From the IMG/VR virus record IMGVR_UViG_3300045988_071605, positions 1 through 38,482 of that record: 38,482 nucleotides of DNA. The stretch is one strand, 5' to 3'. The stretch is from a virus. A program made the translations under genes and the position numbers. Numbering within the stretch: the first letter of the stretch is position 1; each line of letters opens with the position of its first letter. The notes under the pieces were generated by a model that searched no databases, had not been told where the DNA came from, and saw only the letters and a list, made by a program, of their open reading frames with translations. Shown here one piece after another: positions 31,924-38,482 of this stretch.

Positions 31924-32730
31924 TCAAATTGCCTTGTATTTAATGCCGTTGCCCCTGAGCCAAGCGCCCAGCGCCTTTGCTTCATCTGTGGAAAGAAGCG
32001 CCTGAAAACCGATCCACTGGCGGACAGGCTCAACCGGTGCAGCGTTTTCAATATCTTCGGGATCATTGATATTGGTCAAAACAGGCGGCTTCTCTTCCTG
32101 AATCTGCATCTGCGCGTGTTCAGCTTCCCATTTTGCTTTTGCTTCTGCCTGTGCCTTAATCCGGGCGTCTTCTGCGATAGCTGCATTAAGGTCAAGCGTG
32201 GTCTTATATTTCTGCATTGCTTCAAAGCCAACGCCCATGCTGTCAAGTGTGTCTAAATCCTTCTGAACCCGGAGAAGATGCTTGTCGATTTCTGCTTCAA
32301 TGGATTTCAGGGAAACGGAAGCATTCAGCCATCTTGCATCATTGCATTCCATCCATACAGGCGTTTCCTTTGCTCTCCAAAGCGCGTTGATTGCTTCAAG
32401 CTTGTCCGCTTTCTTCTGATCCTCAAAAGTCTTAACCTGCTTATCCACGGAAGCGGTTGCCGTGTCGATGATGCCGCAAAGCTCTTTGACTTGCGCTTTG
32501 AACTGGTTGAAGGGCTGCATGAAATCCTTTTCCTGCCGGATGCGCTCATCATTCAGGGCTTTCTTCAGCCGGTTCAGGTTCGCCCGGTCTGCCTTCGCCG
32601 CCTGAATCTGGTCATCCGTGTACACCATAGAAGCGTAGACGTTGACCTTTTCCGTCAGCTCCCGTTTCAAATCCTCATAGTTGAAGCTGATCTTGCCGGG
32701 AATCTGCAATTCTGTAACTTTGAGTTCCAC
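31924..32730 (-). CDS. DUF1351-family phage protein (recombination-module accessory)
   Basis: N-terminus LKVTELQIPGKISFNYEDLKRELTEKVNVYASMVYTDDQIQAAKADRANLNRLKKALNDERI matches the DUF1351 pattern. Confidence 0.8.
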   Translation of the reverse strand: MELKVTELQIPGKISFNYEDLKRELTEKVNVYASMVYTDDQIQAAKADRANLNRLKKALNDERIRQEKDFMQPFNQFKAQVKELCGIIDTATASVDKQVKTFEDQKKADKLEAINALWRAKETPVWMECNDARWLNASVSLKSIEAEIDKHLLRVQKDLDTLDSMGVGFEAMQKYKTTLDLNAAIAEDARIKAQAEAKAKWEAEHAQMQIQEEKPPVLTNINDPEDIENAAPVEPVRQWIGFQALLSTDEAKALGAWLRGNGIKYKAI

Positions 32731-32747
32731 TTGTTTTCCTCTCCTTT

Positions 32748-33410
32748 TTATATTTCCGGCAGCAGAAGCGCCGGTTTCTTTTTGGCCTGAACGTTTTTCC
32801 AGAAGTCGGATTCTTTCTGCATCAGGTATGCAATATCTTCCTGAACCTCTGAACGTTCAATTTTGTAGTGCTTTGTCTGAAGCATGATGTCACCGCCCTG
32901 AAATTCGTACTTCAGTTGAGCCTTCAGAATGGCAAAATCAAATTCTGTGACCATCAGATAATGGAGCACTTGTATGTAGTAGTTATCCGGAATGCGGTGA
33001 TCCCATTTTTCCTTCTGCATACTCTGAAGGATGTTGGTGGTCTTGATTTCAAGAATGCCCTTCCTGCCGTCCTGATCCGTCAGCCATCCATCAAGGGACG
33101 CATGGGCAAAAGGAAAAGCATCATTCAGCCAGAGATTGTTTTCCGCATAGCCCACTTCGTATTCAGGGAAGTCCAGCGCAAACAGTTCCCGCAGATAGCT
33201 TTCAGCAGCGTGACCATACTTCACATACGGCTTTTCGCTTATATCTTCCGGTGTAACAATGCCGGTCTTTTCCTGCCACAGTTCAAGATTGGACTTGTAC
33301 GGATTCAAGCCAAGCACCGCCGCCGCGTCAGATCCGCCGATGTAGTTTTTTCTTGCGTTCAGCCATTCATCGTGGCTTGACAGGATTTTTATTTCAATCA
33401 AGGCATTCAC
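32748..33410 (-). CDS. YqaJ-like viral recombinase exonuclease (lambda Exo-like PD-(D/E)XK)
   Basis: GGSDAAAVLGLNPYKS...LDGW...ILEIKT motifs. The start is either GTG33410 or TTG33401 (RBS AGAAGGAG). Confidence 0.88.
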   Translation of the reverse strand: MNALIEIKILSSHDEWLNARKNYIGGSDAAAVLGLNPYKSNLELWQEKTGIVTPEDISEKPYVKYGHAAESYLRELFALDFPEYEVGYAENNLWLNDAFPFAHASLDGWLTDQDGRKGILEIKTTNILQSMQKEKWDHRIPDNYYIQVLHYLMVTEFDFAILKAQLKYEFQGGDIMLQTKHYKIERSEVQEDIAYLMQKESDFWKNVQAKKKPALLLPEI

Positions 33411-33465
33411 TCCTTCTGAGATTTAGCAGATTTGGGGCTGACCGTGGCACTTTTACGCTGCCAGC

Positions 33466-33666
33466 TTATGAAATGATGTCATCCACCGCCTTCCGGAAAT
33501 GCATATCAAGGCAGTCTTCGCATATCAGATCGCCGTTGATCTCATAGCAGTATTCGTCTTGGATCGGCTCGCCGCAGTAGCAGCACACAGGGCGCTTGTT
33601 CAGCTCTTCGCTTTGCTGCCGGTCGTGGACGGCGAAGTCTAAAAGAGGATCGTCCGTCAAAATCAT
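33466..33666 (-). CDS. Small zinc-ribbon protein
   Basis: CCYCGEPI...CEDC motif in a 66-aa ORF. Confidence 0.6.
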   Translation of the reverse strand: MILTDDPLLDFAVHDRQQSEELNKRPVCCYCGEPIQDEYCYEINGDLICEDCLDMHFRKAVDDIIS

Positions 33667-33848
33667 TTGTTCGCTCGCTTCCTTTCTGCTTCGTATTTGG
33701 CGATGAGCAGCGCTGCCGCTGCTTGCTCCCGGCGCTTTTCGCGCCTTGCTCTCTCTTCGTCAGTCAGGATCGGGCGATATACCCTGACCGTCATTCCCGG
33801 ATATTTCAATATTGTCGGCTCGCCATATACATCCTGCTGACCATTCAC
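33663..33848 (-). CDS. Hypothetical protein
   Basis: 61-aa ORF with a 4-nt overlap with the downstream gene. Confidence 0.55.
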   Translation of the reverse strand: MNGQQDVYGEPTILKYPGMTVRVYRPILTDEERARREKRREQAAAALLIAKYEAERKRANK

Positions 33849-33908
33849 AAAAACACTCCCTTTCCGTTATGTTTCAGCCTATTCGTCGGCTGGTTGTCCG
33901 GATTCCGG

Positions 33909-34133
33909 TTATTCTTCCGGGATGTCCTTGAACAGCAGTTCCAGCGTGTCCAGCGTCCAGCCGTCAGCCATAAGCTGCTTGCCGCGCTTTTCCATCCAGC
34001 GGAGCTGCGCAAGGTACTTGCGCTTTCTGTAAATGAGCCGCATTTCTTTTTCCGCCATCTTTACGGCTTCTGTTTTCCGCAGACGCTCAATTTCAGCGTC
34101 AACCAGTTCGTCCGGCGTGATTTTTCTTGGCAT
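33909..34133 (-). CDS. Hypothetical protein
   Basis: Start refined to ATG34133, 8 nt after GGAGGT. Charged helical protein. Confidence 0.55.
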   Translation of the reverse strand: MPRKITPDELVDAEIERLRKTEAVKMAEKEMRLIYRKRKYLAQLRWMEKRGKQLMADGWTLDTLELLFKDIPEE

Positions 34134-34151
34134 TGGTGTTACCTCCATCTG

Positions 34152-34376
34152 CTAAATTGCGTTTTCGCAATTTTTGGGGCAAAAAAAATACGAATGCATT
34201 TCCAGCACAGAAATCCCCAGCAGGGAACAGGCCAGTTCCATTTCTGCCCTTGTCCAGTCAGATTTCCCATTCAGCTTTCCACTGATGGTTGCTGCATTCA
34301 TATCCATTGCAGCGGCAAAAGCTTCTTGTGTGCCATACACTTCACGAATTTTGCCACGGAGCTTGTTGTAGCTCAT
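34152..34376 (-). CDS. Cro-like HTH regulator (DUF739 / XRE-like)
   Basis: YNKLRGKIREVYGTQEAFAAAMDMNAATISGKLNGKSDWTRAEMELACSLLGI matches the DUF739 pattern. Confidence 0.75.
   Translation of the reverse strand: MSYNKLRGKIREVYGTQEAFAAAMDMNAATISGKLNGKSDWTRAEMELACSLLGISVLEMHSYFFCPKNCENAI
34156..34171. promoter_or_regulatory. Operator O4: perfect inverted repeat ATTGCG-TTTT-CGCAAT (arms extend to AAATTGCG/CGCAATTT)
   Basis: Same motif and spacer orientation as the three switch-region sites. It overlaps the last codons and stop of the Cro-like gene. Confidence 0.6.
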
Positions 34377-34509
34377 TCACATCAATCCTTTCTTATGTAT
34401 ATTAGTCTGCCATCGTCAGTGCCGGGAGACTATCCCCGGCAGACGGCCTTTTCAGACCGTTTCGGCTTATACTCTGCGATTCCACATGTTTTGCACCGTC
34501 ATTCTCCTT

Positions 34510-34791
34510 TCAGTCTGCTTCCTCTTTACTCACAACATTGTCACAGTACAAGCCACCGGACTTGTAAGCCTTTTTCATGCACCAAAGGAACGTGTCCATC
34601 AGGTCAGCAAAGTGTGCGTCCTCGGTGTAGTATTCCATACTGCCGTCATCTTCTGCGGTCAAATCGCCATAGTCTATATCACCGTCTGCTACGCCGCTTA
34701 CGAGCCATCCCTCAAGCACATCTTCATCATTGATCTGTCGGGTGATATACTCCATTGCCTTTACCATCTTGATTCTTTCTTGTGTATTCAT
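34510..34791 (-). CDS. Strongly acidic small early protein
   Basis: 93 aa. Hand count gives 22 Asp/Glu against 8 Lys/Arg. Acidic run GVADGDIDYGDLTAEDDGSMEYYTED. Confidence 0.65.
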   Translation of the reverse strand: MNTQERIKMVKAMEYITRQINDEDVLEGWLVSGVADGDIDYGDLTAEDDGSMEYYTEDAHFADLMDTFLWCMKKAYKSGGLYCDNVVSKEEAD

Positions 34792-34839
34792 TTTAGTTCT
34801 CCCTTCATATAATGGGCGGTTTAGCCGCCGCCCTGCGGC

Positions 34840-35040
34840 TTAAAGCGCATAATCAAAATAAACGCTATTGAACAAATCTTTTTCATCTGGCACAAGCATG
34901 CAAGTCCCGGTTGAATCTTTGTAATAAAAGCGCCCGTTATTGAACTGTTTGACAATAAGCGGATAGTAATGAAACCTCGGCTTATTTGAATAGAGCGTTT
35001 TCCCGAGATACTTTTCTGCATTTTGTATGGTCAAATACAT
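34840..35040 (-). CDS. Hypothetical early protein
   Basis: 66-aa AT-rich ORF. TAATG junction with the upstream ORF. Confidence 0.55.
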   Translation of the reverse strand: MYLTIQNAEKYLGKTLYSNKPRFHYYPLIVKQFNNGRFYYKDSTGTCMLVPDEKDLFNSVYFDYAL

Positions 35041-35207
35041 TACAAAAGAGCCTCCTTGTCATCACTGCCGCTCTCGATTTCAAAGTCATCAGCGATGCGT
35101 TCGCCGCCCGGAAAACGATACACCGGGAACTCTCCGAAATCCATATAACGGAACACACCGATAAAACCGTCATAGGTTTTCACATATTTGGGATATTTCT
35201 TTTTCAT
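35040..35207 (-). CDS. Hypothetical early protein, first gene of the early operon
   Basis: Start refined to ATG35207, 7 nt after AAGGA. MKKKYPKYVKTYDGFIGVFRYMDFGEFPVYRFPGG... Confidence 0.5.
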   Translation of the reverse strand: MKKKYPKYVKTYDGFIGVFRYMDFGEFPVYRFPGGERIADDFEIESGSDDKEALL

Positions 35208-35240
35208 TTCAATTTCCTTTCTGCCTGTCGGCCTGCGTGA

Positions 35241-35256
35241 ATTGCGTTTTCTCAAT
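35241..35256. promoter_or_regulatory. Operator O1: ATTGCG-TTTT-CTCAAT
   Basis: Lies just downstream of the early-promoter -10 on the transcribed side. Confidence 0.6.
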
Positions 35257-35266
35257 TTCTGGCTTC

Positions 35267-35295
35267 AGTATAAAACTATTTCAGTATAATGTCAA
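35267..35295 (-). promoter_or_regulatory. Early lytic promoter (PR-like): TTGACA-17 nt-TATACT
   Basis: Minus-strand -35 TTGACA (35295..35290), 17-nt spacer, -10 TATACT (35272..35267). It faces the early operon. Confidence 0.7.
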
Positions 35296-35302
35296 TAGGG
35301 AA

Positions 35303-35318
35303 ATTGCGTTTTAGCAAT
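35303..35318. promoter_or_regulatory. Operator O2: ATTGCG-TTTT-AGCAAT
   Basis: Located 7 nt upstream of the PR-like -35 element. Confidence 0.6.
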
Positions 35319-35344
35319 ATTTTTTTAAGTAATCAAGAAAAGGT

Positions 35345-35360
35345 ATTGCTTTTTCTCAAT
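35345..35360. promoter_or_regulatory. Operator O3: ATTGCT-TTTT-CTCAAT
   Basis: Overlaps the -35 of the repressor promoter candidate. Confidence 0.55.
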
Positions 35361-35374
35361 TTGCATGGTAATAT
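35346..35374 (+). promoter_or_regulatory. Repressor promoter (PRM-like): TTGCTT-17 nt-TGgTAATAT
   Basis: -35 TTGCTT (35346-35351), 17-nt spacer, extended -10 TGG TAATAT (35366-35374). It lies upstream of the repressor RBS AAAGGTGGTG. Confidence 0.6.
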
Positions 35375-35406
35375 TTCCTTGCATTAGTTGAAAGGTGGTG
35401 ATTGTG

Positions 35407-35778
35407 ATGCCGGACTTTGTTCAAGTAGCTTCCATAGCAGACAGATTGCGTGAAGCTATGAATATAAGGAACAAAAAGCAAGTTGATCTTGAAAGGGAAA
35501 CAGGAATAAACCGTAGCGCGATAAGTAGGTATTTATCAGGCGAATACGAACCGAAAAACAAGCCTATTTATGAACTCGCAAAAGCACTGGATGTTTCTGA
35601 ACAGTGGCTTATGGGCTATGATGTCCCGATGGATCGTCCGAAGGCACAAAAAAATAACGATGCCATTTCTGACATCGTTGTAAAGTTGCGCAGTGATGAA
35701 GAATTCCTATCTATTGTAGATAAAATTAGTAAGATGGATTCTGAAAAGCGGAAAAGCTTAAATGCTTTTCTGGATTAA
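35407..35778 (+). CDS. CI-like repressor, XRE-family HTH (no S24 peptidase domain)
   Basis: IADRLREAMNIRNKKQVDLERETGINRSAISRYLSGEYEPKNKPIYELAKALDVSEQWLMGYD. Divergent from the early operon. ATG35407 lies 6 nt after the RBS. Confidence 0.88.
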   Translation: MPDFVQVASIADRLREAMNIRNKKQVDLERETGINRSAISRYLSGEYEPKNKPIYELAKALDVSEQWLMGYDVPMDRPKAQKNNDAISDIVVKLRSDEEFLSIVDKISKMDSEKRKSLNAFLD

Positions 35779-35888
35779 ATGCCTGTGGATGCTTTGAGCA
35801 TGATTTGATAAATAAGGTCTAATAGTTCGACATCATTGCATCTTTCTAATAGTTTGACAATTTCGTGTATGTATGTTGACTTATCCAT
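35775..35888 (-). CDS. Possible 37-aa ORF convergent with the repressor gene (speculative)
   Basis: Hand translation gives MDKSTYIHEIVKLLERCNDVELLDLIYQIMLKASTGI. AAAGGA lies 9 nt upstream of ATG35888. Its stop overlaps the repressor stop. There is no promoter or homology support. Confidence 0.3.
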   Translation of the reverse strand: MDKSTYIHEIVKLLERCNDVELLDLIYQIMLKASTGI

Positions 35889-35992
35889 TTTAGACATCCT
35901 TTCATTAGAGGGGAACTAATGTTCTTCGGGTTAATTTTACGAAATTGCAATAAAATTTGAAACCAGAAACAAATACCATTTTTGTAAAAGGT

Positions 35993-36025
35993 TGCCCGGC
36001 CACCGTGCCACCGAGTGACCGGGCA
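35993..36025. repeat. GC-rich imperfect inverted repeat in an AT-rich spacer
   Basis: TGCCCGGCCAC-11 nt-GTGACCGGGCA (11-bp arms, one mismatch). Confidence 0.6.
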
Positions 36026-36162
36026 GAGCAGATCGGTTGCAGCCCCTCACCTGCTATGGCTACATAATAGCGTGTATTTTCATAAGAAGTAAACATTCAA
36101 ACCGGAATGATCTATGCCGCAGACGATTAAATCAATGTATGGTTAGGATAACGGGGGATTTT

Positions 36163-36756
36163 ATGGAAAACAGGACTATTATTCAGCAAATCCAGCCACA
36201 ATGCGACAACCTTTACAAGAACATCAAGAAAGCCGTGAACGCGCAGCACCGGACGCACCGCGAGATTGTAGAGCAGACCGGTATACCGCGCTCGACCATT
36301 GCGAAATTCCTGTCCGGTGCGCTGTCAAACCCCTGCGTGTTTTATATCGCCGCCCTGTGCAAGTATCTCAATCTTTCTATGGATGGACTGTTTGACGCAG
36401 AGCCGCAGAGTGAGCGGGAAGCGGGGGAGAACGCCGACCTTCAGGCCAAGCTAAACAGCGCCGAACAGCAAATAAAGCATCTGAACGAAAAGTGCGGGAT
36501 GCTTCAAGCCGGAATCAGGGAGCGAAAGCCCGTTATTTATGGGCTGGCTGGCCTGTGCATATTCCTGTCTGTTGCCCTGTGCGGATATATCGCGCTGGAC
36601 ATCAGTGATAGGGAGCACGGCCTTTTTGTTGCAAACAGATTCCCCGTCATTGGGTGTGCGCTGTGCATTCTCATTGGTGCCTCCGTCTTTGGGTTCCTAT
36701 GCTATATTGCAAAAAACAGAAGAAAAAAGGATAAAGAGAACGACAACTTAATATAA
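36163..36756 (+). CDS. Membrane-anchored XRE-like HTH protein (HTH + coiled coil + 2 TM helices)
   Basis: Start refined to ATG36163. HTH segment HRTHREIVEQTGIPRSTIAKFLSGALSNPCVFYIAALCKYLNLSMDGLF. Coiled coil LQAKLNSAEQQIKHLNEKCGMLQ. TM segments VIYGLAGLCIFLSVALCGYIAL and VIGCALCILIGASVFGFLCYIA. Confidence 0.8.
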   Translation: MENRTIIQQIQPQCDNLYKNIKKAVNAQHRTHREIVEQTGIPRSTIAKFLSGALSNPCVFYIAALCKYLNLSMDGLFDAEPQSEREAGENADLQAKLNSAEQQIKHLNEKCGMLQAGIRERKPVIYGLAGLCIFLSVALCGYIALDISDREHGLFVANRFPVIGCALCILIGASVFGFLCYIAKNRRKKDKENDNLI

Positions 36757-36789
36757 TCAAACAATAACCCACGAAAGAAGCTGATCGTT

Positions 36790-38442
36790 TTGTATTATCA
36801 ACCGAAGATAGATTTTAAGCCGGAAGAAGTCATTGATTATTTAAGAAAATCCCGCTCGGATGATCCGCTGCTGACTGTGGAAGAAGTCCTTTCCAAGCAT
36901 GAATCCATGTTGGACGAATGGGCAGAAAAGCACCTCGGCGCGGTCGTTCCGGAAGAGAATAAATACAGGGAAGTGGTATCCGGCGAGACCATAGCCGAAC
37001 GCCCGGAGATCAACCGCGTTTTGAGATTGATAGAATCGCCGAAATATAAGGCCGTTGCCGTGGTAGAGCCGCAGCGTTTAACCCGTGGCGATCTTGAAGA
37101 TATAGGGCGGCTGATGAAGCTGCTGAAGCACACAAACACGCTTGTCATCACGCCGCAGCGCATTTATGACCTGCGGGATGAATACGACTGGGACGCCTTT
37201 GAACGCGAGCTGAAGCGCGGAAATGACTATCTGGAATACACAAAGAAAATTTTGAACCGTGGGCGGCTGCTGTCCGTCAGTCAGGGAAACTATGTCGGCA
37301 ATACGCCGCCGTATGGCTATGATAAAACGTTTGTCACGGAGGGGAAGAGGAAGTGTCCTATCCTTGTTCCGAATAAAGCAGAGGCGGACGTTGTACGCAT
37401 GATGTTTGACCTGTATGTCAACAAAGACATGGGCTGCACAAACATCTGCAAGAAGTTTGATGAAATGGGAATCAAGCCGCCGAAAGGGGATTATTGGTCT
37501 CCGGCAGCAATGACAAAGATGCTCCAAAATATTCACTATATCGGGAAAGTCAAGTGGAATCACCGAAAGACGCTGACCATCGTTGAAGAAGGGGAGTTCA
37601 AGAAAACGCGCCCGGTTGCGCAAGTAGGGGAGTTCCTAATATACGACGGAAAGCACGAAGCCATTATTCCCGAAGAGCTGTTCAACGCTGCGCAAGCCAA
37701 GAAGGGAAAGAACACGCGCCAGAAGCCGAACACGAAAGTCAGAAATCCGTTTGCCGGTCTGATCTGGTGCAAGTGCGGACGCGCTATGTCCCTTAGGACA
37801 TACAAAAACCGCGATGCAGCGCCGCGCCTTTTGTGCGACGGACAAACCCATTGCAAAACCGGCTCTTGCCTGTATTCCGAAATGGAAGAGCGCGTAATAT
37901 CGATCCTGACGGATTGCATCAAGGATTTTGAAATCCGCTTGAAGAATGACGAAGGCGATTCTGCCAAGCTCCACGCACGGCTTATCAAGAATCTGGAAGC
38001 CAAGCAGAAAGAGCTTGACGAAAAAGAGCTTGCCCAATGGGAAGCGCAAGCTGACCCCGATCCGGCAAAGCGGATGCCGCCGCATATCTTCCAGCAACTC
38101 AACGAAAAGCTGTTGAAGGAAAAAGAGGAAGTCAGACAGGCGCTTTGCAAGGCTTACGAATCCATGCCCGAACCTGTAAATTACGAAGAGAAGATCACGC
38201 AGTTTTCCGAAGCGCTCAACGCCTTAAAAGACCCGAACATTGACGCGGCAACAAAAAACAGGCTCTTGAAAGCCTGTATCGAACGCATTGAGTATCACCG
38301 GGACACGCCGCAGCGAATCAAAAGCCAGCAGGTAAGATATTACGACCCGGAACAGAAGCGCACACGCTACAAATCGCCGCTAAGCACGGGCGGCAACTGG
38401 ACAAGCCCGGAGATCGTGCTTGATGTTAAACTGAAGGCGTGA
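36790..38442 (+). CDS. Large serine recombinase (integrase)
   Basis: N-terminal resolvase-type catalytic motif YLRKSRSD, a recombinase domain, zinc ribbon CKCGRAMS...CDGQTHCKTGSC and a C-terminal coiled coil. TTG start. The stop lies inside the terminal repeat. Confidence 0.93.
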   Translation: MYYQPKIDFKPEEVIDYLRKSRSDDPLLTVEEVLSKHESMLDEWAEKHLGAVVPEENKYREVVSGETIAERPEINRVLRLIESPKYKAVAVVEPQRLTRGDLEDIGRLMKLLKHTNTLVITPQRIYDLRDEYDWDAFERELKRGNDYLEYTKKILNRGRLLSVSQGNYVGNTPPYGYDKTFVTEGKRKCPILVPNKAEADVVRMMFDLYVNKDMGCTNICKKFDEMGIKPPKGDYWSPAAMTKMLQNIHYIGKVKWNHRKTLTIVEEGEFKKTRPVAQVGEFLIYDGKHEAIIPEELFNAAQAKKGKNTRQKPNTKVRNPFAGLIWCKCGRAMSLRTYKNRDAAPRLLCDGQTHCKTGSCLYSEMEERVISILTDCIKDFEIRLKNDEGDSAKLHARLIKNLEAKQKELDEKELAQWEAQADPDPAKRMPPHIFQQLNEKLLKEKEEVRQALCKAYESMPEPVNYEEKITQFSEALNALKDPNIDAATKNRLLKACIERIEYHRDTPQRIKSQQVRYYDPEQKRTRYKSPLSTGGNWTSPEIVLDVKLKA

Positions 38443-38482
38443 TTTTTCGCGCCGTTCATTTCCATCAGTTGTGCGCACATTC
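38428..38482 (+). repeat. Terminal direct repeat, copy 2 (identical to 1..55)
   Basis: Base-by-base identity with nt 1-55. Contains the integrase stop TGA at 38440-38442. Confidence 0.98.

Larger units (their letters stand above)
1..38482. mobile_element. Complete temperate siphovirus-like phage genome, circularly closed contig (unique length 38,427 bp)
   Basis: Lysogeny, recombination/replication, packaging, head, tail and lysis modules are all present. No sheath gene. The 55-nt ends are identical. Confidence 0.9.

Noticed and set aside
34792-34839. GC hairpin GGGCGG...CCGCCC between two early genes, considered as a terminator
   Set aside because: No T-run follows it on the coding strand, and the next gene's RBS follows immediately. 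It may affect RNA stability, but the evidence is too weak to call a feature.
35905-36096. 63-aa minus-strand ORF in the large spacer
   Set aside because: It has no RBS, runs straight through the GC-rich inverted repeat, has implausible composition, and has no coupling to neighbouring genes.

Overview
The window is one complete temperate, long non-contractile-tailed (siphovirus-like) phage genome from a Gram-positive (Bacillota, probably Clostridia-like) host. The first 55 nt are identical to the last 55 nt, so it reads as a circularly closed contig with a unique length of 38,427 bp. Nearly all lytic genes lie on the minus strand. From 35255 down to 945 they run: early orphan genes and a Cro-like HTH; a recombination module (YqaJ exonuclease, DUF1351, RecT, SSB, resolvase, dUTPase); replication (replisome organizer, G39P-like loader); a sigma-like late regulator; an orphan DNA methyltransferase; TerS and TerL; portal; a MuF protein; scaffold and capsid; head-tail joining genes; major tail protein; a G/GT chaperone with a -1 frameshift; two tape-measure genes; and a large tail-tip region. 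The plus strand carries the lysogeny and moron block, which is continuous across the circular junction: CI-like repressor, membrane-anchored HTH protein, large serine integrase, then a SHOCT-like gene and a membrane protein bracketed by terminators. Most notable observations: (1) the MuF head protein carries a C-terminal papain-fold (Tox-PL / glutamine-deamidase-like) toxin domain in an AT-rich segment, followed by a small candidate immunity gene; (2) a terminator-bounded holin-endolysin cassette sits inside the head module; (3) there are two complete tape-measure genes and two Dit/Tal pairs, arranged as if a second tail-tip module were nested in the first; (4) the genetic switch has three ATTGCG-TTTT-CnCAAT operators plus a fourth, perfect copy 1.1 kb away; (5) a membrane-tethered XRE-HTH protein lies in the lysogeny operon; (6) several short genes fall below the ORF-track cutoff. 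All functional calls rest on motif recognition by eye. No database search was run.
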